Source: Nageia nagi (lineage: Eukaryota; Plantae; Pinophyta). Taken from it: a stretch of 64,000 nt of DNA. Shown here one piece after another: positions 25,565 to 37,099 of this stretch (position 1 is the first letter of the stretch; each line of letters begins with the position of its first letter). A program made the translations under genes and the position numbers. The notes beneath the pieces are model-generated. The model made no database searches and was not told the DNA's origin. It was given only the letters and a program-made list of their open reading frames with translations. The stretch spans positions 160,332,001 through 160,396,000 of the forward strand of contig JBITNC010000001.1 of the NCBI GenBank assembly GCA_050084985.1. Reading direction: 5' to 3'.

Positions 25565-27042
25565 ATGGAACCTGATGTAAAATCTGAGTTTCAGTTTCGA
25601 TCACAAAGTCTAGCTGTGGAGAAAGCGCTTGCCATGAAGGGTGGAAATGGAGATTCAAGTTATGCTTACAGTTCTTCATCATTTCAGGTAAGTTGTTTTT
25701 TCACTTTTCTGCTACTTTATTCTACTAGAACGTCGTTAGTTACAAGCAACTAAAGCAGAACTACTTTGATCTTACAGTTAATATAAATATTTGGAATTAT
25801 GTGTAGATATTTATGGTCCGAGCTGTGAAGCCCATTCTGGAACGTGCCATCTACGAGAATATAAAGTGTGAAATGCTGATGGGAGGAGTAATCCGGATAG
25901 CAGATCTAGGCTGTGCAACTGGAAATAATACTTTTCTCGCGGCTGATACCATCGTCACAGCTATGCGATGCCATTTCAAAAACAACCACAAAGAGAAGCT
26001 CTTAGATCCGGAATTCCAGGTTCATTTCGCAGATCTTCCATCTAATGACTTCAATTCTCTATTTCGTATGATGCCTCCACAACACCTAGCAGAAGAAGCA
26101 GAGGATGTTCGCCCATCGGCAACAAGGTCCTACTTTGCAGCGGCTCTGTGTGGATCACATTTCGGACGTCTTTTCCCCAAGCAAAGCCTTCATTTCTGCC
26201 ATTCTTCTCTGAGTCTCCATTGGCTTTCTCAGGTGGGTAATAAATACTCTGAGTGTTTTATTATCTAAGACGACATGGCCATACTGATTTGATTATAGTG
26301 GGTGCAGGTTGCTGAGAGTGTTGAAGATAGAAGCTCTCCCGGATGGACTGGTAAGCGGGTGTATGTATCTAGCGACTGCGAGGAGGCAGTGGTAGCTGCG
26401 TATCTCCATCAATTTGATAAAGACTTGACATCTTTCTTACGATCCCGGGAGAAGGAGATGGTTGGTGGAGGACGTATGTTGTTATCTCTCGTGGGTCGTC
26501 ATTCTGGTTCTCACAGACGGAAAGAGGAAGGTACTTTGGGCGATATTGCTCGTCACTTGGAATATACCTTCGAGGATCTGGCGAATGAGGTAAGTTTTGC
26601 TTCATTGACGAATTCAATCACGAAGATGGCTGTTTCACTGAGACTAATAAAGCCAGTAATACATTCATATGCATGAGCTGTGCAGGGTGTTATCGAGAAA
26701 GAGAAATGGGAATCTTTCAACATGCCTTTCTTTGGTCCAAATCCAGAAGAATTGAAGAGCATAATGGAAAGGGAGAAGTCGTTTAAGATAGAGAGAGCGA
26801 GGGTATTGAAAGGGTTTCCGTTCCATCCAGAGAAAAAAGAGAACGAGGAGACATTTGGGAGAGTCGTGGAGAACCATTACAGAGCTCTGTTTGAGAATAT
26901 TGTGGGAGCTTACTTGGGGTGCGAGGATTTGACCAATGAGTTGTTTTTAAAAATTTCCAAACGAGCGGCTGCCAAGTGGTCTGAGTACATTGGGAATACA
27001 ATAGACCTCGTCGTCGCCATTCTCGTACGCAAAGGCGCTTGA
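25565..27042 (+). CDS. SABATH-family SAM-dependent carboxyl methyltransferase (Methyltransf_7; SAMT/JMT/IAMT/GAMT family), 4 exons, 395 aa
   Basis: Exons 25565-25687, 25807-26232, 26308-26589 and 26686-27042. All introns are GT-AG, phase 0, at canonical SABATH positions (Q|, WLSQ|V, E|G). Motifs: MKGGNGDSSY, IRIADLGCATGNNT, EFQVHFADLPSNDFNSLF, GSHFGRLFP, HSSLSLHWLSQ, YLHQFDKDLTSFLRSREKEMVGGGRM, ESFNMPFFGP. No internal stops. Confidence 0.95.
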
Positions 27043-27197
27043 CAATTGCTATTACGCCCACTTACGGAAGAGAGTTCATCATGTTTTCTGGAGTTAAACG
27101 GTTGTGTAATTGCTGTGCATTGTATTTCATGTTAGATTTTCACTAGGAGATGGATATGTAATGCTTTATTATATTCTTCCCATGGACATTTTATGGT

Positions 27198-27203
27198 AAT
27201 AAA
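27198..27203 (+). terminator. Candidate polyadenylation signal of the SABATH gene
   Basis: AATAAA ~155 nt after the stop codon, preceded by TGTA/UG-rich sequence and near the edge of the CG-retaining island. Confidence 0.4.
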
Positions 27204-28129
27204 ATATTCATCATAAGGTTATAGTGGTTCGCTTTAAATTATAATAATATAAATTTATTCGGATAATTATATTTTAATGAAGATTTTATAAGTATTTTTT
27301 TAATAATCTAAATGATTTATGTTATATATTTAATATGTATATTTTATGAATTGATAAATAGGGGATTTGGAGAGGTTGGTAGTTTAAAGTTCTAGGATGC
27401 GACTTTCTACCTCTAGAAGTTGGAAAATACCTAAGATCCTATTGAATTGATGGAAGGTGTGGATGAGGCGAGGATCATGCCTTCGATGGATTTTGACAAC
27501 ATGGATGCCCCTCAATCACAGCTCTAAGCTTAAGAGTTCTTGGTGCCCTATATCAAACAAAAAAATGTATACTTCATTTAGAGAATCTTATAATTTAATC
27601 ATATATTTTGGATCATAATTTTTAGATTTAACAACTAAATAACATATATGTGATATTAATATATTTTCTTTTAATTTTCATATGTTATTCATATAATAAT
27701 TTTCTCTTGATATTGTTCTTGTTACATTTAATCATATTAACATTCTCTTTTCTTGTAACAAGGTAAATACTAAGCACCACACAAAAAGTTCCCTTTATAA
27801 AAATCTAGTAATAACTTAAACTATGAATGGACAATTACCACCATCACTAAAGTGATAATGATCCACTACTATCTCTAGCTATGAGTTTAATGTTTCAAAA
27901 GGAGATAAGAAAGTAAGATATTGGAAGTAAAACCCCTTGCTAGTCACAAGTGCAACAAGGAATAATACTAGAAGTAAATTGCATCCTATTGACAAAGAGA
28001 ACAAGAAAATATTTTTCTATAATCCAATAGGAAATTGTAGCTGTAGGAGTGCTTGACCATGAAAAGCATACAAAGTTTAATTTTATTTTATGTATGTGAT
28101 AAATTTGTATCAGTACTTATGTCGCTATA

Positions 28130-28510
28130 TGATGCATGATAGGCATCCCTTTCAACGTTTGAATTTTTTGCATATCCTATGATCATTGCATTATATGAAA
28201 CTCATCATCATCATGCATCATGTCAAATAATTAATGGCTCTTCCAGCTCTATGGATATAAGCTTCATGGTGATTGAGGCATGTAATACAAATTTTTCTAT
28301 ATATATATGTATAGACACACACACACACACACACACACACTACTCTCTATGCTCTTCAACATGTCTTCAACTCCTAAAAACCTGTATTACTAACAATGCC
28401 CTTTCAGAGGGAAAACTCTATCATCATGCATACCCTACGATCAATCCATTCCATGAAACTATATTTGTATCATGCATACTATAAAAACATCTTGACAAAC
28501 AATTTACCAC
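28130..28510 (-). pseudogene. PPR fragments interrupted by an (AC)n microsatellite (~28314-28340)
   Basis: Minus strand: FYSMHDTNIVSWNGLIVGYA and LFDMMH..VSYNAMIIGYAKN. Confidence 0.65.
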
Positions 28511-28936
28511 CATTGCCAAAAATGCCCTTCCATAAGGCAAGCTCCTTTATTCTCTCATCAATCATATCAAACTTAAATTTGACTCATCCATGCTCAAGCT
28601 TCTGTTAGATTTATCTACATGTATGTCAACTACAAAATTTTGGTAGAAACCCAAGAAATAAATTTGACTATATGACATGTCTTCTAATGGAATATAATAA
28701 TATTAGGTTACCAAAGATATGACTTTCTTCAACAAACATTGACACTATTTCACCAAATGCAACAAACAACATGCAACATTGGCTTATGCTCATCCGAGTG
28801 TAAGACTTCCTTTTGATGCATGCAACCAAGGAATTCATCTTCCAAGCATTTGTCAATGTACATAACTATCTACCCTTTGTTCACCAAGGAAGATAGAAAT
28901 TTTGCCATGACATGGTAGAGTAAAACAATGTCCATA

Positions 28937-29685
28937 TGGGTTTTCTATAAAGGCTTTATACTTTTAAACAAATGTAATTATCAAGTGTAAATCCTATCTC
29001 TGGAACCTTTGATAATAATATTCCAACATGTGTCATCATGGGAGCTTTAGAAGAAGGTATGGACATCCATCAAAGAGTAGATGAAAAAGGTTTTTCATTG
29101 AATATTATGATTTTCAAAGACTAAGAATTATTTTACAAGATGAGTGATGCAAACATAGTTTCATGGACTAAAGTGATCACATTATATGCACAAAATGCAT
29201 TTTTTTGAAAAGGCTCTAAAGACTTTTAAGAAGATAAAATTGTTAAGTGTAAAGATAAACTTTGCAACCTTTACCAATATTCTTCCAGCATATGCCACCA
29301 TGGGAGCTCTAGAAGAAGGTATGGACATACATCAAAGAGAACAAGAAAATGCAAGATTGTTTATTGAGATACATGATGTAATTATCATATATAAAGTAAA
29401 CCTCTGCAACCTTTCTCAACACTCTTCCAGCATGTGCCACCATGGGAACTCTAAAATAAGGTATGAAAATCCATCAAAGAATAGTTGAAAATGATTTTTT
29501 ATCAAATATTTTTTCTTGAGCTAGGCATCTTGGATAATGTTCAAATATTTATATTGAAGTATAGGTAGGTCAAATTGAATTTAACAAAAGGGTACATGCA
29601 TTTCTTGTAAGAGACAAATCACACCCATAAATAGAGGAGATATTTAGGAAATTAGAGAAATTTTTGAGTGAGATGAAGGCACTTG
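28937..29685 (+). pseudogene. Internally deleted PLS-E+ PPR pseudogene (copy B; part of the direct repeat 28937-30123 = 20520-21710)
   Basis: ORF 29186 reads FFEKALKTFKKIKLLSVKINFATFTNILPAYATMGALEEGMDIHQ; E+ end IEFNKRVHAFLVRDKSHP*IEEIFRKLEKFLSEMKA. It has the same deletion junctions as copy A. Confidence 0.85.
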
Positions 29686-30123
29686 AGTTAAAGAGTTTTT
29701 GATGTTAACTTCTCTGGATATTTTCTTCACCCTCTTCACTTTCTCCACCCTACTCAACCCCTTCTTAGCTCAACGATGATGATATGATTTTGAATTTACC
29801 CATCAATGCTCATTAATACAAGCATGATGTTATTTTAAAATCACCAATCTATTTTTAGGTCCAATATGGATGAAAGTGGGGGTGGTGATTTGTAAAGAAT
29901 GAGTAGGTATATGCATTTTTGAAGACAGAAGTAGTGGATCTAGTCTATTTTTTCCCTATTCCTATATCCTTCCTTATCTTTCTCTTCTATCTTCCTATCA
30001 TGCTTTCTTTGTAGAATGTGAAAATTGACATTTGATTCATTTCAAGGTTGATGAAGGAGGAGGTCAAAATCAAAGTGAATGATGGTCATATTCTTCAAAT
30101 AAGTGATGAACATAATAAAAAAG

Positions 30124-30566
30124 TAAAATAATTAACCCTTTCTGAATTAACTTCTACTCTACCAAGATCTCATGAAGACATTTTCAACATCAACACAATA
30201 GCATAATAACTCAAACCAATCTCACAAATAACATAAGATATAAAGTGGTTCATTCCTCCTTGGGAGTAAGTCCACTAACTAAAATCTTCTTATTCTCAAT
30301 GACCTCTCTTACAAAATCTCTTCTCCCACAAACTCTAAACCTATAACAAAGCTTACATTACAATTGTGTAACTTGAGAAAGGAAGGGTACAAGAAGAAAT
30401 CCACTCTATAATTAATCCCTTTTCTATTTTTAATCCTTTACCTATTTTTAATCTCATACTTATTTTTATTCCTTTAATACTTTAAGGCATCTAATGATAC
30501 TTTAATTATTAAGTAAATTTACATTAAGGAGAAATATTACAAAATATTACATTACAAATTCCAATA
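30124..30566 (-). mobile_element. 3' LTR of the Ty1/copia element
   Basis: Reverse complement of 14156-14592 with decayed termini. On the minus strand it is preceded by PPT TTAAGAAGGAG (30577-30567). Its flank CTTTT versus CTTCT at the 5' LTR is a 4/5 TSD match. Confidence 0.88.
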
Positions 30567-33500
30567 CTCCTTCTTAATGTAATATTGATATAGAGCATAG
30601 AGAAGAGAAGAAAGATAAAGTACGTGAGAGTTCTCTTCTAGAGAGATACAATTGGAGATGAGAACTTTTACATCATTGATAAATAAGCAAGATATTAGTT
30701 TTAGACTCATTACAATACCATTTAATAAAATAGCTTACAATATAATCATTAACCATAATTGGTTTCACTGTAAGTGTAGTCGATCAACAATGAATTGACA
30801 TGTGAGCCTCCATGAGCCTGCCTATCCAAAGTAAGTAACTTGCATTCTCAAAATGAAATCTCTAAGTTACAATAATCTCATAAAAAACATCAATTAGATG
30901 CATCATATAAATATTCATATCAATCATAAGATAAATGAACTAAGTAATGCCATCCATAAATTGATCAATGATGCACTATAAATCATCATAAAGATGCCAA
31001 GCTAATACTTATAATCATCTATAGTATATAGAAATATGTGTTAATCAATAATAAAAAGAGCATATGTATAGATGAGTTACTCACATATGGGTAACAAAAT
31101 AATAATAACAAACACATACTAATTCCTCACATAATGAAAAAAAACAAAATGTACCATGAGTTCCTCACATAAACTGAACTAATCATGAAGGTGTACATTT
31201 AGATCAACATTCTACAATAAAAATAGCATTCTAGGGATGAAGTTATCATCATAGATGTGAATTCAACTTTTACTTTCCCTTGAGGATAACTTCACTACCA
31301 TAAGAAACTTTCAAAGTGTGCACAACAAAGTTTCTAAAGCAGTTAATGAATAAATCAAGAGAGATAAAGTTTGATGAATAGATTTGCAGTTGTTGCATCA
31401 AGAACTTTCTCCCTAATATAATGTACTTGGATTTTAGGTACTCTATAAGTCATCACTAATATGCCAAGCCTATACTTAAATTCACCAAATAGAAGAATAT
31501 ATAAATAAAGTATACAAACCAAAAAAGTTCAACAACTTTACTAAGAAAGAAGAAATTATAATAGATTCAATAAGAATTCAATATTTATTCCTATTTTAGG
31601 GCCACTTGCCAACCCAATAGCCTCTTTAAGCTTATATAATTGAGCTTAAAGAAGGGGCTTCATGAATAAATCAACAAATTTTAGGACTAATGGAGAATAC
31701 TACAAGTCTAGAAGACCATAGAGAATCTTCTCTCTAATGAAGTGGGCTTGGATTTCTACATGCTTTGTTCTCTAATAGAAAATAAGATTCTTAGTCAAAT
31801 AAATAGTTGATTGATTATCTAAAAAAATTTGAGATGGATGAAATTGTTCATACCCTATTATTTTTAAAATATGCCTTAACTAAATGGCTTCTTGGCTGCA
31901 ACTGACATTGCATGATATTCAACCTCAATTTTGGAGAGAGTAGTAGTATGCTACTTCTTGGATGCCTAAGAGATAGCATCTCAACCAATGCTAAATACAC
32001 AAGTAAAGGTTGATTTTTTATTATATTTATCTCCTCCATAGTTAGAATATAAACATCCTAAGAGAATAAAGGAGGGCAACTTGTCAAACTTGAGAGCAAG
32101 ATTCTTAGTGTTCACAACATACCTCAAAATTTACTTAATAGTATTGAAGTGCTCAATATACAACTTTTGCATAAAGTGAGCCATCAAATGGATGGTAAAA
32201 GTAATATATAGCTTGGAGATAGTTAAATAAAGAAGACTATCAATTATTTATCTGTAATTTATAGCATCAGTCAATTGAAAGTTGAAGCTAAGAGATATAG
32301 TGATTCCAAGAGAGATTGGGATTACAACATATTTGCACTCCTTTATTGATTAATATAAGTATAATCCTTGTATTTGTACACTTGCACACCAAGTTAGTAG
32401 TGAAATAGACCAAGGTCAATCATTTCAAAAGTTACCTTAAGTTTATAAATGTAATCTTGTATGAGGATTATGTTATTCTCTATAATCAATAGATCATCCA
32501 CATACAGAAGAATCAAGATCAAGTCTTGTCCTTGGTTGAGAACATAAAGATTTGTGTCAAAGAAGCATTTAGAAAATCCTCCTTAAAGTATCATGAAATG
32601 TTTTTGTACAAAGACCTAGGTGCTTTCTTAAGTCCATACAAAGACTTTTTTAACTTGCACATAAAAGATTCCTTACCTTAAACAATAAACACTTTTGGTT
32701 GGTTCATGTAGATTTTCACATCTAATTCACCATTAAGAAAATCACTCTTAACATTGAATTGTAAAACTTTCCATCTCTAAGCTGCTGAAAGAGCAAGGAT
32801 TACCTTTATAATAGGCATCTTTACCAATGGTGAAAATATTTTCTCATAATTAACTTCATATTTTTGAGTGAAACCCTTAGCTACTAACTTTGCTTTGTAT
32901 TTCTCAATCTCTTGAACTAAATTATATTTGATCTTATAAATCCATTTGTTACCAATCACATTATGTTGATATGGATAAGGAACCAAATCCCAAGTTTAAT
33001 TCTTCATTAAAACCTCATACTCCACATTCATTGCATTCATCTAGCACTCATACTTTGAAGCTTTTTTGTAGGATGAAGGCTTAATCTTGCTATCAATTTT
33101 GGTAAATAAAGATTTATGAATGGTCATACTCCTTATTATCCTTTATGTTGGAGAGTTTTATTCTTTAGGTGATAAATCCATACTAACATCCAACTAGTTA
33201 GGTGAAATAGAAGAATCACCACCCTCATCAAGGTTCTCACAAAAAGTAGACTCTTCTAGAAGTTCATTAAAATTTACATCCCTTGATACAAATACTAGAT
33301 GGGTGGAAGGTTGGTATAGCCTATAGCCTCCATGTTGATTTTTATATTATATAAATTCTTCCTTTTATCATGAATAACAAAGGCATAAGAATCATAATTA
33401 AAGACCGTAAAGTGAGAGATGTTAGGTTTCTTTCCTATCCATGCCTCATACAAAGTTTTACCTTCAACTGCTTTCATAAAAAACCTATTTAAGATGTAGA

Positions 33501-36500
33501 TTGTAGTATTTACAATTTCATCCCATAAGAGGCTAGGAAGATCTCCTAACATACATATTACCATTTCTTGAATGATTCTATTCTTCCTTTCAGCTACACC
33601 ATTATGCTAAGAAGTGTAAGGGATAGTAAACTACCTCTTGATTTCATACTTGGTACAAAAATTTTTGAATTTATTACAATTATACTCACCCTCATTATCA
33701 GATCTTAACATTTTAATTTTTAATCCATACTAATTTTTTATCAAGGCTATGAAATCTTTTAGCCTATCAAAGGTTTGATCCTTGTGCTATAGAAGATAAC
33801 CAAATATCATATTACTAAATTCATTAATAAAATTCAAGATATAATATGGTCCCCTAAGAGACTTAGTTGGTAATGGACCTATCAAATTTGTATGCACAAG
33901 CTAAAGAGGTTAAGTTACTCTAGTTTCCTTATATATTAGAAACTTTTATCAAATCATTTTACCTAAAATACACTTCTCACAAAGACCAATTATAGGTGAT
34001 ATTGTAGAAAAACCTTCCATAAGTTTATGATCTTTTATTACTTGAATGTTCTTATGGTTTAGGATGCTTAATCAATGTTGCCAAAGATTACCTCTAGAAC
34101 AAACATTAGTTGTAAGGCACATATTTGTTGGAGATTGATCCATAATGAAAATGTCATCTTTTATTGAACCTTTCACCAAAGTGGTAAGACCCTATTTCAT
34201 GCATCAAAAGTGTGAATTAAACTCAAAGGAGTAACCCTTACTTGCAACCTAAATTATAGAAAAGATATTCATAGTGATTTTAGGCATATAAATTATATTA
34301 TTAAGAATCTTCCCTTGTATAAATACACTTTCAATACTTTAAACTTCAAAGATTGAACTATCACCTATCACAACTACATCTTTTCTATACTTATAAAAGT
34401 TTTCAAATTTATCCTTTTTAAAATACATGTGATTAGTGCATCTAGAATCAATAATCCAATCATTTAACAAAGTACAAGGCTTGGCATAAAAGATAGCAAC
34501 ATGCATAATTCTTGTTTTAATTTTTATCATTAGATTTGTTTGATTTTCCATATCCTTTTTCACCTTACCCTTTTTGTTGAAGTAATTAGCTTCCATATGA
34601 CCATTGATGTTACAAAAACTATAATTTCCATAAAATTTGGCTTTGGATTTCTTTGATTTATCATGATCATAATTCTTCTTATTTTAAGCTTTCTTGAACT
34701 TCTTCTTAGAAGCATTAGAACTCTCCTTTTAGTTATGGTTATCTTTTAAGTGAGGCATCATTGGACTAAGTGCCATAGATGGATATTTAAGAGTGGTGAT
34801 CAACACTTTATTGTTAAGTGTTTCTTCATGCTTCAAGAGAAGCCTTAATAGATTTTCCAAAAGGAACACTTCTTTTTCATGATCAAGCCTAGTTTTAATA
34901 ATAATAAAAAACTAACTAAATTTACCAAAGAGGTAATGAAGGATGATGAAAGTAAAAAATTTATCATTGATCCAATTGCAACCATAACCCACAAGATGGG
35001 TCCTAAGGTCAACAATCATATTCAAATATATAGCCACACTTTCATTTTCCTCTTAACATGATTGAAGTAACTTCTAAAGAATGATGAACCTCTTAGATAA
35101 TTTCATGCTAAGCTAGATACTCTTTAGCTTATCCCAAGCTTCCTTTGTAGTGTTTGAAGAAGATAGTATGAGGAGAATCTCATATGAAACTACACAAAAG
35201 ATTATATAAGTCACCAAATCATTCTTAGTATTGTAAGCTTCAAGTTCCTTCTTCCATAATGGAGCAACATGGTATACATTAGCAATCATCTGAAATTTTT
35301 ATGCTTGAAGAAATTTTTATGCTTGAAGTTTTGCCTTCATCATAGGTTCCCAAATACCATAGTTGGAACCATCTAAGATATGCTTGGATGCAAAAGAGTC
35401 TCCCATTGCTACAAAATAATATGAAAGAGATAAATAATGTAAGCATACATGTTGAATTTAGAGATATTAATTATACAAATACATATTTAAACTAATTAAC
35501 AAATCAAATGCTTAATTGTTAATAAGAATAATAATCATGCATCCAACATCTTCGTCACCAAGTATAAATGAAGAGAGAGAAAAGTTGATGCTTATTTTTT
35601 TTTATCTAAAATTAGGTCTTCACTTGAATTCTTATAAGGAGCCCAGGTTCTAATAGTCCTTAACTAGTTCCCCTTGGGTAGCGATATAGTCTCACAAGGA
35701 GAAGTAGTAGCTATTTTCCAAGGTTGTGATGTATGTTGGACCAACTAAATTAATTATCTTGATTAAGTTTTTACTTTTTCTCCTAGGTTATTAGGATAAT
35801 CTTTGAACGGATGGGCAAACATGTGGTATCACTACACACATGCCTATCCACCTATATGGAGTTAAATCTAGACCAACAGAAGACTTAGTGGTAATTAAAA
35901 AGTACAAAATTTTTACTTCTTGGATCATTGGATTAAAAGGTGCTAGTTAACCTTATCCTCACCTCATAACTCCCCAAATAAGTCATGTTGCAAAAAAAAA
36001 TATATGGATGTATTCATTTTAGGAGGAAGGCATTTCCAATATCTACATACTTTGCATATAAAGTAAAATCACAAAATAAATAAAGTGCTTTGAAAATGAA
36101 ACTACATCCCACATCATCCATAAGTATGAACCAAAGAGTCCAATGGGTTTTGTTACAACCCCTAATGGATCTTTTTACAAAAGTTCATTAATTTTAACTA
36201 ACAACAAATGTGCCTAAGAGTTCAATGGGTTTTGTCACAACCCCTAATGGAACTCTTTACAAAGATTCATTATTAAAAATAAATAATTCTCCCCATTGTT
36301 ACTTAAAAAATGGAATTAAAATAATTCTTTATTTATAATTTATCATCAAAAAATAAGGCAAAAATATTTAAGGTAACTTTATTCATTCACATGCATTAGG
36401 ACAAAATATTAAATCATGTATTTAAAAATTTTATCCACTTAGAAAAAATTATGCACTAGGATAAAAAATTTAAGCATGCATTTGAAATTTTTATCCAACC

Positions 36501-36918
36501 ACATGTGTGCATCAAACATGCATTAAAATAAAAGAACATTAATTCATGCATACATTAATTCATCTATGCATACTTAACAATAAATTATGCATAAATAATT
36601 AACATTAATCCATGCATTTAACATTAATCTATGCATGCATAATTAATTCCTCACTTTTTATCTTAAAGGCATGCTAAAAATAATTCCTTAAAAATAACTT
36701 GCACTTAAGGTAAAAATATCAAATAAAGAAATAGTAGGCTGAAAAATGCTTATAATAAAAAAATTAGCCTAAATTGAAAAAATACACCTCTATAAAAATT
36801 CTCCGAAGAAGGAGTTTTTCTTTTCAAACAATAAAAAAATATCTCCCCTTTTAAAAAATCTATTTTAAAAGTAATGCTCCCTTAAAATAGATTCTGCCCC
36901 TTTTTTAAATAAAAAATA

Positions 36919-36920
<2 letters not shown>
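30567..36920 (-). mobile_element. Ty1/copia internal region with degenerate gag-pol (~35406 to ~31610)
   Basis: gag MGDSFASKHILDGSNYGIWEPMMKAKLQ (ATG 35406); zinc knuckle FCNINGHMEANY; protease WIIDSRCTNHM; integrase LVHTNLIGP..LRSDNEGEY..GVAERKNRII; RT NVIGNKWIYKIK..YKAKLVAKGFTQ, LYVDDLLI; RNaseH RTKHVEIQAHFIREK. INT precedes RT, which defines copia. Many stops and frameshifts. Confidence 0.93.
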
Positions 36921-36963
<43 letters not shown>

Positions 36964-36999
36964 TATATATATACATACATACATATATATATGTATGTA

Positions 37000-37031
<32 letters not shown>

Positions 37032-37056
37032 AAAACTTTATTTAAATTAAAAAAAC

Positions 37057-37092
<36 letters not shown>
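36921..37092. repeat. Compound (AT)n/(GTAT)n microsatellite at the right inversion breakpoint
   Basis: Directly visible; abuts a truncated CACTA DUF4216 at ~37100. Confidence 0.95.
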
Positions 37093-37095
<3 letters not shown>

Positions 37096-37099
37096 ATCA

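Noticed and set aside
26369-27061. Antisense ORFs overlapping SABATH exons 3-4
   Set aside because: Shadow frames of the real CDS.
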